A DNA stretch of 64,000 nt, taken from Pseudogymnoascus verrucosus. Its lineage: Eukaryota. The stretch lies in the NCBI GenBank assembly GCA_001662655.1, contig KV460215.1; one strand, given 5' to 3'. The notes beneath the pieces are model-generated. The model did no database searches and was not told the origin of the DNA. It was given only the letters and a program-made list of their open reading frames with translations. Below, in pieces: positions 25,160 through 39,873 of the stretch (positions are counted from its first letter, which is position 1; each line of letters begins with the position of its first letter). The position numbers and the translations under genes were made by a program.

Positions 25160-26803
25160 ATGGAGGAAATTTCAGCACCATCCACGAGCCCACGATCTCT
25201 ATCAAATATGGCGGGCGTTCGCAAACTGATCCGGAAGTGCGAGCGATATTGCTGCTTGACCTTCACCTACTTTCCTTTGGCCTTCGTCTACAGCATTACC
25301 ACCTGGGCAGTATGGGTTGAGGCCACGATAGGTTTCAATCCCTCCCAGAGTGCCTGGATAGGTTAGTTCTTTGAACCCTCAACTACGAAGGATTTAATTG
25401 CTGACGCTCGGGCAGGGTCGGGAACTTCATTTCTCGGCATCGCCCTCTACATCCTTCTCAACTGGTCATATACCACCGCCGTCTTCACTTCTCCAGGATC
25501 GACTACCGACCTACATAATGGCTATTCCTCACTTCCCACCCAAGCAGCCCCTGCTGCCACCTCCTTCACCGTCAAATCAACGGGTGAGCTTCGCTTTTGT
25601 AAGAAGTGCCAGGCACGGAAGCCCGACCGCGCCCATCACTGCTCGACTTGCAACCGCTGCGTACTCAAAATGGACCACCACTGCCCCTGGCTCGCAACTT
25701 GCGTTGGGCTAAGGAACTACAAGGCTTTCCTGCTTTTCTTGTCATACACGACAATCTTCTGCTTCGTCTGCTTTGGAGTGAGCGCAACGTGGGTGTGGAC
25801 CGAGATTTTGCGTGATGGGCAATACGAGGATAACCTAACCCCCATAAATTACATGATGCTTGCTGTTATTTCAGGAATGATTGGGCTTGTTCTTGCATTT
25901 TTCACTGGCTGGCACATCATGCTCGCGAGTCGCGGACAAACCACCATTGAGTGCCTTGAAAAGACCCGGTATCTGTCGCCCGTTCGACGCGCGATGCAAC
26001 ACCAACATATTGCACAACACCGCTCCCATGAGCCGCCGAGCTACGGACAGCAGCTGCGCGATATACACACCAACGCCCTACCGGGCGTGACTCGGCCTGA
26101 AGAGGGCGCCACGCCTCCTGCGGAACCACGGTATAGAACGTATGAGGACCTCGAGCGTCAGCGGGCTCGAGATAGGTATCAAGAATACCTCGATGAGCAA
26201 GACTCAGAAAAGCTCCCCAACGCCTTTGACCTCGGCTGGCGGCGCAACTTGTATGTTTTGTTCGGGCCAAAGAAATTGCTCTGGTTCGTACCAATCTGCA
26301 ACAGCATTGGTGATGGCTGGAGCTGGGAACCGTCTCCAAAATGGATTGCGATGCGAGAATACATGCGCAAAGAGCGTGACGAGCAGTTAGAGCGGGAACG
26401 GAATGCCGGATGGGGGACGGCGAGTGGGGGTTGGGAGGGGGAACCAGAGCCCGTGCAGATCACGAGGCACTATCTCAACGCGCCGTCTCCGACAACACCT
26501 TCGGGGCAGCGCAGCCCTAGCAAAGCCGACAGAGTGTTGGGCAGAGACCCCGGTAGTTATCTCGAGGAGCCCAATGATGGGCATAATATACGGATGGAGA
26601 GCCTAAGCCGAAACAGAATTGGCAAGGAAGAAGACGACGATGATTATGATACGAGTAGCGATGAAATGGAGACGCCGCGGCCAGGCCTAGTGCAGCACTT
26701 TAGTGGTTTCGGCGCGCAGCGGACATTCGGAGGGATGAAGATGGGTCTTGGCCAGGCACAGAAGCCAGAGGGAGACGAGGAGGATGGAGATAGTGTGGAC
26801 TGA
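25160..26803 (+). CDS. PFA3: DHHC palmitoyltransferase, Pfa3-like
   Basis: [36 protein letters not shown] and FDLGWRRN motifs; four TM segments; intron ~25363-25415. The start could instead be ATG 25208. Confidence 0.9.
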
Positions 26804-27750
26804 AAAATATGATGGAGTGTTGGATTTGTATTGATACTGCATGCCAGAAGGGCATTTATGACGTTTCATGAGCGCGATCTATCTGAGCGTTGCAGAGGCT
26901 TCTGGAGTTAAATCGGCATGGGCATTTGTAAAAGGCGGATTTCTGTATTTTGTACATTTATAGGGACGTTCTATCTAGAAACCCTCTAGCGTGAGCCAAG
27001 AGCCAGAGGCATTTAAGTCCATCGCCAATATTTGATTTTCGACTAAATGTATAAAATGGACATAAGGTTTATTTACAGATTCCCGAAAGAATATTGTGAA
27101 ACGTTCAAATTACAAATACCTAATATTTTTTTATTTTTGTCAACTGAAATATTTTTGCTAAGGATAAATTCGCGTTGTTCAGAGCCTCAGCGAGGCTACA
27201 ATGTTTCACGCAATTCACACATCTCACATTCACATCCAAGGTTTGCGGTGGCAGCCGTTGAGGCACCTATATTCCACCTGCACTACAGTCTATATCTATG
27301 ATGGCCCCATCCGGCCGAATCCATCGCAGTGTCAGGTATTTCCGCCCAACGCTAGGACATAATGCCCAGCTCATCCGCCTATCCCACCTCCATCCCTCCC
27401 CACTGGTGTGTATAGACGCCGCCTCCAGCGACTCGGCGTTCTATCCGCCTATCTCCGGAGCAGAAACCGTACTGCGATGCTCTGCATGCCTTACTTCCCG
27501 CCCACCCGAGTAAAAAACAAGTAAAAAAAGAACTCCGACGCAATGCTATCACCGGGCCATGCTGAAAGATGCACAAAGTTCGCCAGTCGCAGCTGTGCTG
27601 TCGCACTGGACGAGGAGACTCCGACGTGTCGTCAGGTCTGTAGTGTATTATAATCTTATAATGAAAGGTTGATTTCTATTTCGACTTTTGTTTTCATCGA
27701 AAACAAATTTGGCTGACCCGCTTGGGCGAGTTCAGCACAGAGAGAATGAA

Positions 27751-29815
27751 TCAGGCCAACGGATGGAAGGTCGGCTGAGGAAGTGAAGGATAGTGTTGGT
27801 AAACCGGATTAGCAGCGTATTCCGGCACCACCCCCGAACGATAGTCATTTCGCTTGCCCAAAGGCTGATAGTGCATCTGATCGATGCCAGGCTGGAAATG
27901 CTGGTAACTGGACTGGGGTGGTGGGTAGAGAAGCGTATTCGGAAGTCGAATCGGCTTGTATGGCGAGTTTCGCTGCTGGAGGAAGATCGAAGGAGAGTTG
28001 AGGTCGTGTACAGCGGCGGGGAAGATGCCAGAGATCGGCGACGAGTTCATGGAATGCACACCAATCGACCGAGGGCTGTGTCGCCTTGAGGGAGTGCCGT
28101 GATTTGAGCCAGGCAGGCTGTAGGCTTGCTGAGCCTGTGGCGGCATACCCGAAGAAGGGACATTTACCTGTGGGGTAGGAGCCCAGCTTGGCGTCGCAGG
28201 AAAGACTTGCGACATTGCACGCCCATTCAGCGGAGGCAAAGGAGGAAGCGTTTGTGCGAATGTTGGGTAACCCGCACCAGTGCTTGTCGAAATCGACAAC
28301 TGTGGCACTGGCAGCCTTGGTGCCTGCTGACGTGGGACAGCAACCTGTGAATTCGGGACCATGACGGCAGGAATGTGGGCGGCAGAAATGGTCGCAGGCC
28401 TCTTGGATGGGGGCTCAACCCACAAGTCGTCAAAGGCTCGCTTTTTCGTGGCCTGTGGTGGTTGCGGAAGTGGTTGTGATGAGGTGTATTGAGATGGCCA
28501 TTGCTGGTTCAACTCAAACGACGAGTTTGATAGATGTGTAGATGAAATAGGAGAATGCGATTGTACTCGTGTTGGTGAGGGTAGCTTGGACGATGGGAAC
28601 GTATTGCTGACCGGCGACGGCAATGGTAGTGGCAGCTTTGACGCCCGTTCGAAGTAGTCTCCGAACTTGCCCAGCTTTATCTGCCACTCCGCCCATTGTT
28701 CCTTGGAGGCCAGCAGGCTGTATCGCATGCTGCCCAGAAACTCGACCTCCATCACATGGATTTCAACCACCGAGATCCCAGACACCTCAGCCCACGTCTT
28801 GTTCGTATAGGTGTTGTCGTCGAGGACTGGTAGACTGTTAGTTCGATCTACTTTCTGTCGAGATGTGCGAACTTACATTTATTCCCCAGCATCAACGCCA
28901 CGGTCAGGAGCCTGTATTCGCTGCCTGCCTTGCCTTTCACGGTTGGGTTTAGCGTCTTCAGTCGATATATGAACATGAGTGCCAGGAGGATGACATTCGG
29001 TGTAACCTGTGTAGTCGATAATATCGTGAGGACCCATTTTCTGAACGTGGCCGTGGGTATGGCATCAGGAGCAATCCTTTCGACTGGTGAAGAGCTTGGC
29101 GTCCAGTTCTCAGCCTTTCGAAGAGTCTCGGTGGTCTCAAACCAGAAGAGGCAGGTTAACTATCACGCTATTAGCACGTCTATCGTATGTAGTGGTGGCT
29201 GTTCCATACCTGTGCTGCAAGCTCCCCAATACTACTTCCATTCACAGGTGGAGTTGCTTGCACGCTCGAGTGGATCGATTCCTTGCGAGGAACAACCTCC
29301 TGTACTCTCTCCTCGATCCCATTTGTGACTCCATTATGTGACCGGTCGTCATACAGTTGAGACGCCGAGCTGCTGGCCGAGCTTCCCAGCCTGAGTGTTT
29401 CCGCCGCTCGAGATGCGAAGTTGTATGGGTAGGCCAGTGCGGACGCTGATGTCTGGTATGATGCTATCGAAGGGAAGTTAATGCCCTGTCGAACCCCGTT
29501 GGTAGTGCTCTGCTGCGGCTGGTGCACACTCATGTCGTCGGCAGGCGGGGTGGGCAGCCTGCCGCGTGTCGAGATGGCTGGTATGTTTGATGCGTACTGT
29601 AGCCAACGTTCACGGTCTGCCACAGACGGACCTAAGCCAGCTGATCGACAGGTTGAGTCGGGGGTGGCGTAGCGATGGACGGGGGCGTTCGTGGGAGGGA
29701 GGAGAGATCGTGGCCAGCCAGTCTGAGTGTATGTTGAGGGGTAGTGTGAGTTGTAGAGGTTTCGTGACGGCGGAAGGAAATCGAGGCCAGTCGAGGATGC
29801 TGAAGCTTGATGCAT
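27751..29815 (-). CDS. CLG1: Pho85-family cyclin-like protein (Clg1/Mug80-like)
   Basis: Cyclin box CLFWFE..FRKWV..ILSTTQVTPNVILLALMFIYRLK..GSEYRLLTVALMLGNK|FLDDNTYTNKTWAEVSGI; two introns; Pro/Ser-rich termini. Confidence 0.85.
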
Positions 29816-32800
29816 GGAGGCTGTTCGTTTGTCTGGCGAAGCGTCCTAATCCAGAGGGAGAGCTGGGTCGAAGCTGCTCTGCTCAGTTGAATGATAGATC
29901 GCAGGTAGCCAGCCCCATATGATTCAACGGCAATAGATCCTAGCGAGAAGTCCCATCTGATGCAGACTCAAGCTGGTGAAGAGGCCATATGCTGGATGTG
30001 AAGAGTGTTGCTTGTGAGATTGTGAGATGAGAGTAGTCGCGGGGGGGAAAAGTGAGATCTGGTTGTTAATGGGCGGTGGAATTGGTCGAAGTGAATAGGC
30101 TATTCGAGAAGGACAGACGATAATATAAGGAAACCAGATTTATTATTGTAGGTGGAGAATGAAGTTGAGGTGGGGGGGGCGTTGAAGTTGGTGTTGTTGG
30201 TTGGGGGGGTGGTGGTTTGTCTGTTTGGAGGATAGAGTGGATGGATAAGTGAACATATGAGTTGAGGTCCAAACAGTTCGTTCGGTTATCTCTGGTACTC
30301 TCTTATACACTCTTATACACTCTTACTCTTCTCTCTTTCTCAATAACCCAGTAAGCAGCAACCCCGTAAAGTAAACCTAGTAACTAAATCCTCAGTTAGC
30401 CAGCAAGCTATAGAATAGTACAATTACAATAGCCAATACACAATACTCAATACAGTACAAAGCCAACAGGCGCGTTGAGGAAACAGTGGTAACCAGAAAG
30501 TAAGTGGCTATAAGTACAAGGGTACATACATACAATTTAAATGTAAGAGTTAGACCTCCAAGGGGTGGTGGCTGCTGATCTGAAAGACGTGGGATTTAAA
30601 TCCCCCCCAAAAAATGAGCACGGATCTATGTATGCTATGTATTCTATGTATTCCATGTATTCTATGAAATGCTCTCTCTGTTATGTATTTATTCTATATA
30701 CGGCATCTATGCCGTGAAGAGGAAGGTATAAAGGCGGCCGGGTTTGAGCTGGATGCGGAAGTGATAATAATGGATAGATACGCCCTACGCCAACACCGTG
30801 GCGCGGCAACAATCACCCAGAATGTTCTCGGAATTCACGTCAGAAATGATAATAATACTATATAAATTACTATAAATACCATAAAGGAAATGTATTGCTT
30901 ATGGAGATGCAAACGTTGTAGTACTGTCCTGTCCTGCAATTAGCAACTTAGCACTCAGAACATGGCCCCGTCTTCTCGTCTCCTCCTCCTGTATCCCCCC
31001 GGCGACAAAAAAGACAAAAGGACACAAGCCGCGCTTGGTTCAAAAGGTGCTAACTTCTGCACGCACTCCACAAAAATCAGTTTGGATACTCGTTCAAAAT
31101 GTACAGGGTACTGGAGAGTATGGAGACACAGAGTGGCATGGGGGCGGTGCCTGCTCAAAACTGGTCCTGTACCACTACTGGATAGAAGAGTACCCGTAAC
31201 ATCTCCATCATCTCCATAGCAGATACATCCTTTGCAGCCTTTGCAAGAGTGATGGTGGTGGTGGTAATACTGTGATGCACCGCGGCCGGCCGGTGGAGTC
31301 GTCGCTGGAGGGGGTACGGGGGGTGACTGAACAAGCTCCAAAGAAAGCCTCCCTCCATCTCGTTGGTCCATTCTATCTATTCTCCGCTGGTCGGTGTCTG
31401 GTCACTGGTGGTGTGAGAGTCTGAACAAGGGATAGCCTGGTAGTTGGTTAGTGGTGGTGGTGGTGGTGGGGGAAGTTGGTTGGTCCTTGGTCCGAAGTAG
31501 AGAGTCAAACCACACCCACCAAAGACAGCCGATACAGCCAATTGCTCTCTATTCCTGGTCACGAATGGGGGGCTAATTGTTCTCTTTTTCTGTCATTAAT
31601 TCCCAGGGTTCCATCGCTTCTCAGAATTCCCTTCACGAAGTGTACGGAGCTACCTTCGTGATCTCCTTTTTGCGACCATTCTTGCGAGAGCCTGACCTCC
31701 TAGCGTCGTCTTGGATGGTATGGGGCCATGGGCCATAACTCGTACTGTGGTAGTTTGTCCACACTTTCCGTCCTCTCCGTACGCTCCCTCCTTGCGTACA
31801 TGGGGGTATCGTATCGGTCATGGCAAGGAGGAAAGTGGAGGCTGATCTCTTGCGCTTTCAAGACCAGGAGCATGGAGTCGTCAATAAAAAACCCCGCGTG
31901 CAAATGGAAACCCCTGCATTCTCCTCCGTCCCAAGCCATACAGAGCCATGCACAGCTGTATGGCTCCATGCTTTTAGCCCAGACAACATCATTACGCGAC
32001 TCCATATGTTTCTCCTCACTCTTTGGCTGATGTCACTGGCCACGCCAGGTCACCATCAGGCTCCGGCCGATATACCTTCGTAGTCCATGACCTCCTGGAC
32101 CCTTCCCTGCCGCGGCGCAGAACTGCAACTGTACTGCCTGTACTATACTATGTACGTACGTACGTACGGAGCACAGGATAATGCTCCATCTTTGTGTGGC
32201 GGGCGAGACGCATCCTTTCTCGTCACAATCGGGTTTGGTGGCTGGCTAGCCTTGGCTGCGGCTGGAAGGCTGCGTACGTACATAAGATGATCATACTCAT
32301 GAATCCATTCCAAGCCAAGGCATCCGACTCAACCTGACTCTGGCACGGCGGATCGAGTGAAGTGGCAAGGTAAGGCGAGGCAAGGCAGCAGGCATGTGAG
32401 TGAGATCATATGCAACAACTTCCCGGCCGACATTTGAGTGTCTGCGACACCATGACATATCAAGGCTCCAAAGTGAACTGCGGTGAGCCAACAAGGCTTC
32501 TTCCCTGAAACGGGCGCGGGATGAGCAATAACGAGCTCGATGGGTCAGTTTGGCGTTGGAGTCCCTCGCCTGTGTGTGCGAAGCACGGCTCCTGGTCTGT
32601 CCGAGGAGAGGAGGCTTACTCGCGCCCCTGCAGACTCAGGCTTGTGATTGAAAGGGGGTGGGATTACTCTACAAGTGCATCAATCATCCTGATCATCCTA
32701 GAGACATGGAAGAACCGGAAAGTGATGGTCTCTAGTTCACGGATGGCGCGGTTTTCCTTCGCCCCCCTAAGATCAGTAGTGGTACATGCCAGTGGCGGAG

Positions 32801-35800
32801 AAGGAGAAGGAGCAGAACACCAACCAGTACACGCGGCGGCTCGGACGACAGTACCAGTATGGTTTTTTTTCCTTCTGTGATTTTGTACCGCACAGTACGG
32901 TAGAGCACTCACTTATTTGTGCCTAGTGCCGCTTGAGCTTTCCCTTCAAGTCAGCGCAAGACTAGGTAGTTTTGGTGGGGCTGGGCGCACTTGCCGCACT
33001 TACCAAGGACAGCACAATGGCGGTTGTGAACAAATTGCAAACGCGCATACAACAAAAAAAGTTCGAGATGTGGGCGCGGAACACGGAATGACCAACTGTA
33101 CGCATACCAGACTTGATGTGCTCCATCTTTGCTCCAATAATACACTCCACAGGGAAGGTGAAGGAGCGATGAACGAGGTTCCGCAAAAAGTTGGCCCGCA
33201 CCCAGGGTACACTGGTCTGAATCAGCAACCTCCGAAATGTTTGATCCTGCCGAAGCACCGTACTGTATTGTGGTAGCATTTGCTCGTCGTAGTGTGGTCG
33301 CCTAGCGCAATAATCGTCGAAACAGTGGTTCCATTGTGCTGTAAAGCAGTAAATTAGCGTGGCTGTGTTGGTTTGGTGGCCTTGGCCGGCCCCCCAGCCA
33401 TCCCACACTCTCTTGAAAATGTATATGCGTAATCCCCAAACACACATTCTCACTGGACGCCTCCAATCGCGATGGGGCCGAGGATCAAGCCTGGAAAAAA
33501 AGCAGGACGCCTAAGACCGGGAGGAAGGTGAACCGCGCACATAATGTCCATGCAAGGCAAAGAAGGCATCATACAGTTGTCACCAGGCAATCAGCTCCCT
33601 TTGGTATCGGAGAACTCCAAGGGTGTCTCGGGTTGGTGACGGCCTGCGCCCGGAACATTGCACATGAACCCAGTCTGTGAACAAGTCACGATTCACCAGA
33701 GCCATTTATTGATGCGCGTCTCGTTTGCTTCCGGCGATACCCAACTCCCAGCAAGATCCTGCCTCCACGTATGAAGAGACAGGGGGTCCCGTTAAAAGGC
33801 TGTCACTTCGGCCATTATCAAGGTGAGTATATGGCTTCATGCGACTGTTGATGGACACCCGCGAAACGATGCCATAACCAATCAGAAACAACTCGAGCCC
33901 GATCTCCACGATTTACCAATGCTGCGACGGTGGTACGGAGCAGGCAGGAGCATCGATGCCGCCACGTACAAGAGCGAGACACGCACAGGGTGTAAGTACG
34001 CTATTGACGGTCTATCCGGCAAGTGAAAGAGGCTTTCGCTCCAGTGTAATGCGAGTGAGGTAAAAGGTGAGCATTCTAGACACAAACCAAATGGCGTGGC
34101 GTCGAGAACTAAGAGAATGATTCGCTCTCTAAACCTTCTGTGCCGACTTCCTGTTGGCATTTGTGGGATAGGACAGCGCCAAACGTAACCTCTGGACAAG
34201 CAAATTCTGTCCCACCGGTGCATCTCCGAAAGCCGAACCCCTCTAGTCTTTGTAATGTGCTGTACTAAACATTTGAAGGTAGGGTCACTCACTCCACCAT
34301 CCCACATTCCACAGCCGCATGCACCATGGTCAGCTATTAGATCCATCGAATAGTCACGGTGCCGTATTCAGTCTCCAATCCAAGCAATTCCCTCGTATTT
34401 GTTAAACGGTGCAAGGCTGAGTGTTTGCTTATTGGGCACGACCCTATTCCTGTTCCACGGCGGGTACTTTGGCGACTCGCCTCGTTGCCTCCCCGATATT
34501 TGCGATATAGGACGGCATTTGATACGGGCTGCGAAAGGCTGAGACTCCGATTCATCACGTAGTACTCTGCATGCCGTAGAGAAATGAACCGACGATGGTG
34601 TGATCTGCACTGGAGGAAATACGGATGAGATAGCTGGGCTTTGCGCGCAAGACCTGTTTTAATTTGCTGGAGATGGAAGATCCAAAAGATCCTCTTAATC
34701 AGCTAATCCCAGGCAGGCCAATATCGAGACGCGGCCCACGAAAGCCGGCCTGACTGACCATACTTGCTGTGATAAAAATGGATCGTCACTAGTCCAAGCC
34801 TTTGGAGCCAGGCAGGCCTGAGTGATGACCCTTGGCTTAGGTGGTCGGCCGGTCGGTCAGTCGTCTCACCATTTTTATTGTGGTGACAAGAGCACTAGAG
34901 ATTTTAGCTGGTCTCAACCAACGCCAGGCGCGGAGCCGTCAATATCTGCATGTCATGTACAGTGGTAATATTGTGGTGTCTTGATGCTTGTCGTGCGCTC
35001 CAATATTCATGCTGATCCAATGGAATCGTCCAATGGGACACTTGCCATATTCGACAGTCAGTTGCTGGATTCATGGACGCAACAAGTTTGCGAACTAAAA
35101 TTCAAATCCAGGCAGGAGCCACGATGGTAAGAGTCCAGGCGTTTCTCATGGGCCACCCCATCCGCATAAGCCAAACCAAGGAAAAAGACCCTCTCCGATT
35201 CGAAGAGGCCACAATCGATTTCTGGTTGTTTGCCTGAAAGCGTTTGACGTCGGTGAAGCCTCCCGCCAGACCACAGATGTTACCCTATGCACAGCTGTCT
35301 TGATGCATGCCGCGACTGCTCATCCCGCGCCGGTTGAATGCAGATGTGAATGTTTTACCATGATAAGGCCTATTCGACTAAACAATCTCCTCAGCTGTAG
35401 CCTGCTTCTTTGGTCTCTTTCCGCTAGGATCTTACCTCTGAGCTATAGAAAATTGATACATGTATGTGGCAGGCTCCGAGTGTCTCCACCATCTCCGAAT
35501 CACCACCCTCCGTTCGATAGAGATCGCCTCTGGGGCAATATAAATCTGTAAATCTGTTGTGTACTGCTTGTCGACGGCAGTTCAGACCGCCCTTTTGTCA
35601 TGGTTGCGTAGCCTGCAGCATTTTGCATCATCTTTGGTGTCATCGTTGATGCCAGTGGATTGGATTGAATGGTGTCACAGAGTTCATAGCTTCAACAATG
35701 CAACAATATCTGCTGCCAGATTTGTTATCTTCAGCTTTCCCAGTCTTGCATGGTCATCTCGGAAGCCTCGAACTGGAAACCGGCCTATAATAATTCAAAT

Positions 35801-36369
35801 CTACAGAAGCAAGAAATGAGTATGTGTACGAGTACGAGTAAGAGTATGGATGAGTATGATGAGTATGGATGAGCGACGACGAGGCTGTGAAATGATAAAA
35901 GGCTGGAGATATTTGGCGGGGTAGTCGTGGACAATGTCTGTACGGTGGCCAATTCACGACACCAATGCAACTCACATGACTTGGATATTTTAGAGCAGGC
36001 AGAAATTCTTAGTCATGTGACTTTTCAGGGGACCTGGGGCTCCGTTTCGCTGCCAACGGGGCCTGCCAAGGCTCAGCTATACGAGCAAATAACCTCCATA
36101 CATACCAAATCTGTACATACACAACGGAACTTTTATACGTCCCAACAACACCACGCTCGTTCATTTGCACTCATCCGCTCATACTGCAGCAGTCGTATGG
36201 AGTAGTGGATTTGCCTGTCGTCTCTCTACGTCCACGAACCTACAAATCCCCTGAAGATATCGCCCATAAGAGACACCCTGGACCCTTCTCGCCGCGCCGC
36301 AACCCCTCGCTCCAGGCGCAGCATCATCTCTCCCCTCGACATCTATCAGCACCGGTACCCGCTTGCAGG

Positions 36370-37479
36370 ATGGGCTTTGGAGACTTCGATACGATCTGCC
36401 GCAATGCGCCCATACCATTGTGCGCCCTCGTGGGCAGCATCAGCAACATCGACCTGGGCGTCGGGATAGAGCCTGACTGTTATGCCCGCAATGTCGAGCT
36501 CGCGAACACCATCATCTTCCAGCCCGCCACGTCCTTTGCCCATATTGCCGCCCTCATCATGGCCGTCATAATGGTCCTCCACGTCCGCTCCAAGTTCACC
36601 GCAGTTGGTACGTTGTGTTTACCCTACCCCAAACCGTTTCCCGTGTCAGCGCGCTCATGTTCTATAAATAGGTCGCAAAGAAATCACGACGTTTTTCTAC
36701 ATCTACATGCTCCTGACCTTCATATCGCTGTGCATCGACTCCGGCGTCGTCCCTCCAGGATCGGATCCGTATTCCTACTTTGTAGCGGTGCAGGCTGGCC
36801 TCGCGTCGGCGTTGTGTGTGTGCCTGCTCATCAACGGTTTCGTGGGGTTCCAGCTGTATGAGGACGGCACCACGCTCTCTGTCTGGCTCCTACGCAGCAT
36901 CTCCTTCGCCTTCTTCGTCATCACGTTCCTCGTCTCACTGGCGACGTTCAAGAGCTGGGCCGGCCTCGGTCCCACCAAGACCATCGGCCTCTTCGTGGTC
37001 CTGTACCTTATCTCGGCCATCTGCCTCGCCGTATACATCGTCATGCAGTTCATCCTCGTCCTCAACACCCTGCAAGACCGCTGGCCACTTGGCGACCTCT
37101 CCTTCGGCGCGGGCTTCCTCATCATTGGTCAGGTCATCCTATATGCCGTCTCCAACACCATCTGCCACAAAGTCCAGCACTACCTCGACGGCGTCTTCTT
37201 CACCACCATCTGCAATCTTCTCGCCGTTATGATGGTATACAAGGTAATTTTCCCTCCTTCTGTCATATATTCCAATCTAACGCGACTCAGTACTGGGACT
37301 CCATCACGCGTGAGGACCTCGAGTTCTCAGTAGGCACAAAAGCCAACAACTGGGAGGTCAAGGGCCTCCTCCCCGACGATGATCCCCGCCGCACAACCAT
37401 CTACCAGGACGGCGACTACGCCAGCAGCTTTGCCGGTGCACCGCCGCGGAACTCGAATTATGGCGGTTTCAGCTATTAA
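36370..37479 (+). CDS. CHS7: Chitin synthase export chaperone
   Basis: MGFGDF..C...P.PLC, CYARN, SKFTAVG|RKE, GFVGFQLYEDGT and MMVYK|YWDSIT.EDLEFSV motifs; introns ~36608-36671 and 37243-37290. Confidence 0.96.
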
Positions 37480-38278
37480 GCGCGTTGTCCATCCATTTCG
37501 CTCTTTGCATCTTTCTTTCGAGTCAGCGAGCATGCCGCGTTTGAAACTCGCCCGTTTTTAAGAATAGCACGCGCCAGCGTCGTCGGATCTTTACTTCTCG
37601 CCTTCTCCTTTCTCATACTTGCATAGCGCGGCTCAACGGCGTTTTCGGACTTTCTTTTCTATAAACCGGCCAGTAAACTCGGCTACTTTTAATCATACAT
37701 GCCCACGATAATCGGCACACTCGAACTCATGATATTTCTTCTGGCTGCTTTTCCTTCTTCTTGGTAACGACTTTTGTAATTCGGCGTGCGTGTATCACGT
37801 CTGTGTTTCGCTGGGATGGGCGGTGCATTTTTTGGGACCTGTATGGATTGTTTGGGACTTGCGATTGGGAACCCTCTTGTGTATAGGCATTATAGCCATG
37901 GGTGCGTGGATGGTGGCGGCATGGGTGGTGCGAAATACAAAGTAGTGATAGATAGTATAGGATAGGATAGGATAAGAAAAGAATCCATAACGATTGACAT
38001 CTATAGGTTCTGGCCCCTCCGCATCAGTTGTGTTGACTGCAACATTCTCAGTATGAAGGATGATAATAAAAACGAGGACGAACGCCTTTAGTATTTCACT
38101 CCACAAGATCCGTCTGTATGTATGCTACACATGTCCGCCTACCCATTTCCGGAACCGCCAGTATACAAAGGAAAAAATGCATCTACGCCGTGCCTTACCG
38201 CCTCTTCAGTCCAGTCTGTCTGGTACTAGTACAAGCGCCTTAATTATACCTTCCTCACAACCCTCTCTCAGTAAACAC

Positions 38279-39873
38279 TCACTCCTTTTGCCCCAAAACA
38301 TTGACTCCCTCCCCTCCAACAACCAATACCCTCCTCGCCTTTGCTCCCCACCCCACCGCACTGCCCCTGACTGCACTCCTCAGCCCCTCCTCCCACTTCT
38401 TCTCCTTCTTCAGCCACGCCTGCACCACAACGCCTTCCTTGCCCACGAATCCCAAGAACTGTCCCGAGTAATCCCACTGCACGCCGCTAATACCACTTCC
38501 CTCAAACTCCTTGACGACGGCCTCCGCGCCCTCCTTCCGAAGGTCAAAGACTGTGACGCCGGACGCGGTGGCGGCGGCGACCCAGATGCCGTTTTGGTTG
38601 AAAGAGATGGCAGAGATAAGGGCGGGGGAGGAGAGAGGGAAGGAGGCTGCGAAGGTGAGAGTGGTGGTGTGGTACATGCTGAGGGTACCTTGGTGTGCAA
38701 CGGCAAGGAGGTGGCCGTCTGGGTGGAAGGCGCAGGCTGTGAGTTCTGGGGGGTGTTAGCATTTCTCTCCTTTCCGATTAGTGGAGTGAAAGGGGACTCA
38801 CCATTCTCAGTATATACCTGCGCGACCGCCTTCGTACTCTCGAGGTCATACACAACGAAACTCTTATCCTTGCCAACCGACGCCACAACGTCGCCCGTCG
38901 GGTGCACCGCAACGCCATTCACAGGGCCCGCATGCGCCGCGATGGAACCAACCTCCTTTGCACCCTCAAACACCTTCACCACGCCCCCATTTCCAGCTTT
39001 AACAAGCAGCACGGTTTTTTCGCCGGCCCACGCACCAGCCGAGACTGATTCTCCCTTCGCTAGCGTCTCTGTGACCGCCCCGGTCTCAACGTCCACCACA
39101 GCTGCTCCATCGCTGCCTCCCACAAGCGCCTGCGCACCTGCGGCATCCACATCCACGAAAGCCGCGTCGCCGGTCTCGGCCTTTGCTACGGCTTCATACG
39201 CCGCCACGTCCGCGCGGGTAGCCCATCCGGCTGGGACAGCGCGCTTCCTGCGTCCCTTCGACAGACGACCCTGTGCCTCCTCAACACGCTCGACGATTTC
39301 GGACGGGAGTCCCGCGTTATCGATTTGCATCGCCTCGCCTGCGCCAGAGGGCGCAATTCCTACATTCGAGAGAGCCTCGCGGGCCTCGTCGCGCTCGCGG
39401 GTGAGGCGTGCGACGACGCGGACGGCGGCGTCGTGGTGGTAGAGCGCTGTTGCGAGTTCCTGGCGGGTCTGCGCGAGTTGCTGGCGGAGAGTGAAGGAGT
39501 CGAGAGCGAGGGCGTCCCATTCGGATTGGAAGGTTGAGAGGAGGGCGGGGATGGAGGTATGGGTTGGAGGCCGGGGGGGGGCGATGCGGGAGGTCTTGAT
39601 GGGGATGAGGTCGTCTACGGTGAGGGGCTCCGAGGTGATTGGGTCGGTGCCGTGGGTGGAGATGTGGGATTCGATGAGGGCGCGGGAGAAGACGTTGCCT
39701 GGGGAGGAGTTAGATAGCTGAGCTTTGGGAGAGGTGAACTGGTGGAGGAATCATACCTGATTTCGTGGAGACCACAGGGTCCTGCGGCGCTTCGCCGGAA
39801 ACTACAGACAGGTGCATTAGACGCGTCCCCATATCTCATCGCCAATTGAATGCCACTTACTTGCGCACAACAT
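38279..39873 (-). CDS. PRP19: Pre-mRNA-processing factor 19 (U-box, coiled coil, WD40)
   Basis: MLCA|ISGEAPQDPVVS, GTDPIT.EPL, TSIPALLSTFQSEWDA, LYHHDAAVRVVARL and WD repeats; three introns. Confidence 0.95.

Noticed and set aside
30955..35975. Many 60-160 aa ORFs in the long intergenic region
   Set aside because: Overlapping on both strands, often with non-ATG starts, no domain-like sequence and no consistent splice pattern.
36205..36369. GTG-initiated in-frame N-terminal extension of CHS7
   Set aside because: Family homology starts at MGFGDF (36370); an open upstream frame alone is not evidence.
38060..39442. 460-aa plus-strand ORF
   Set aside because: Antisense shadow of the GC-rich PRP19 CDS; no recognisable domain.
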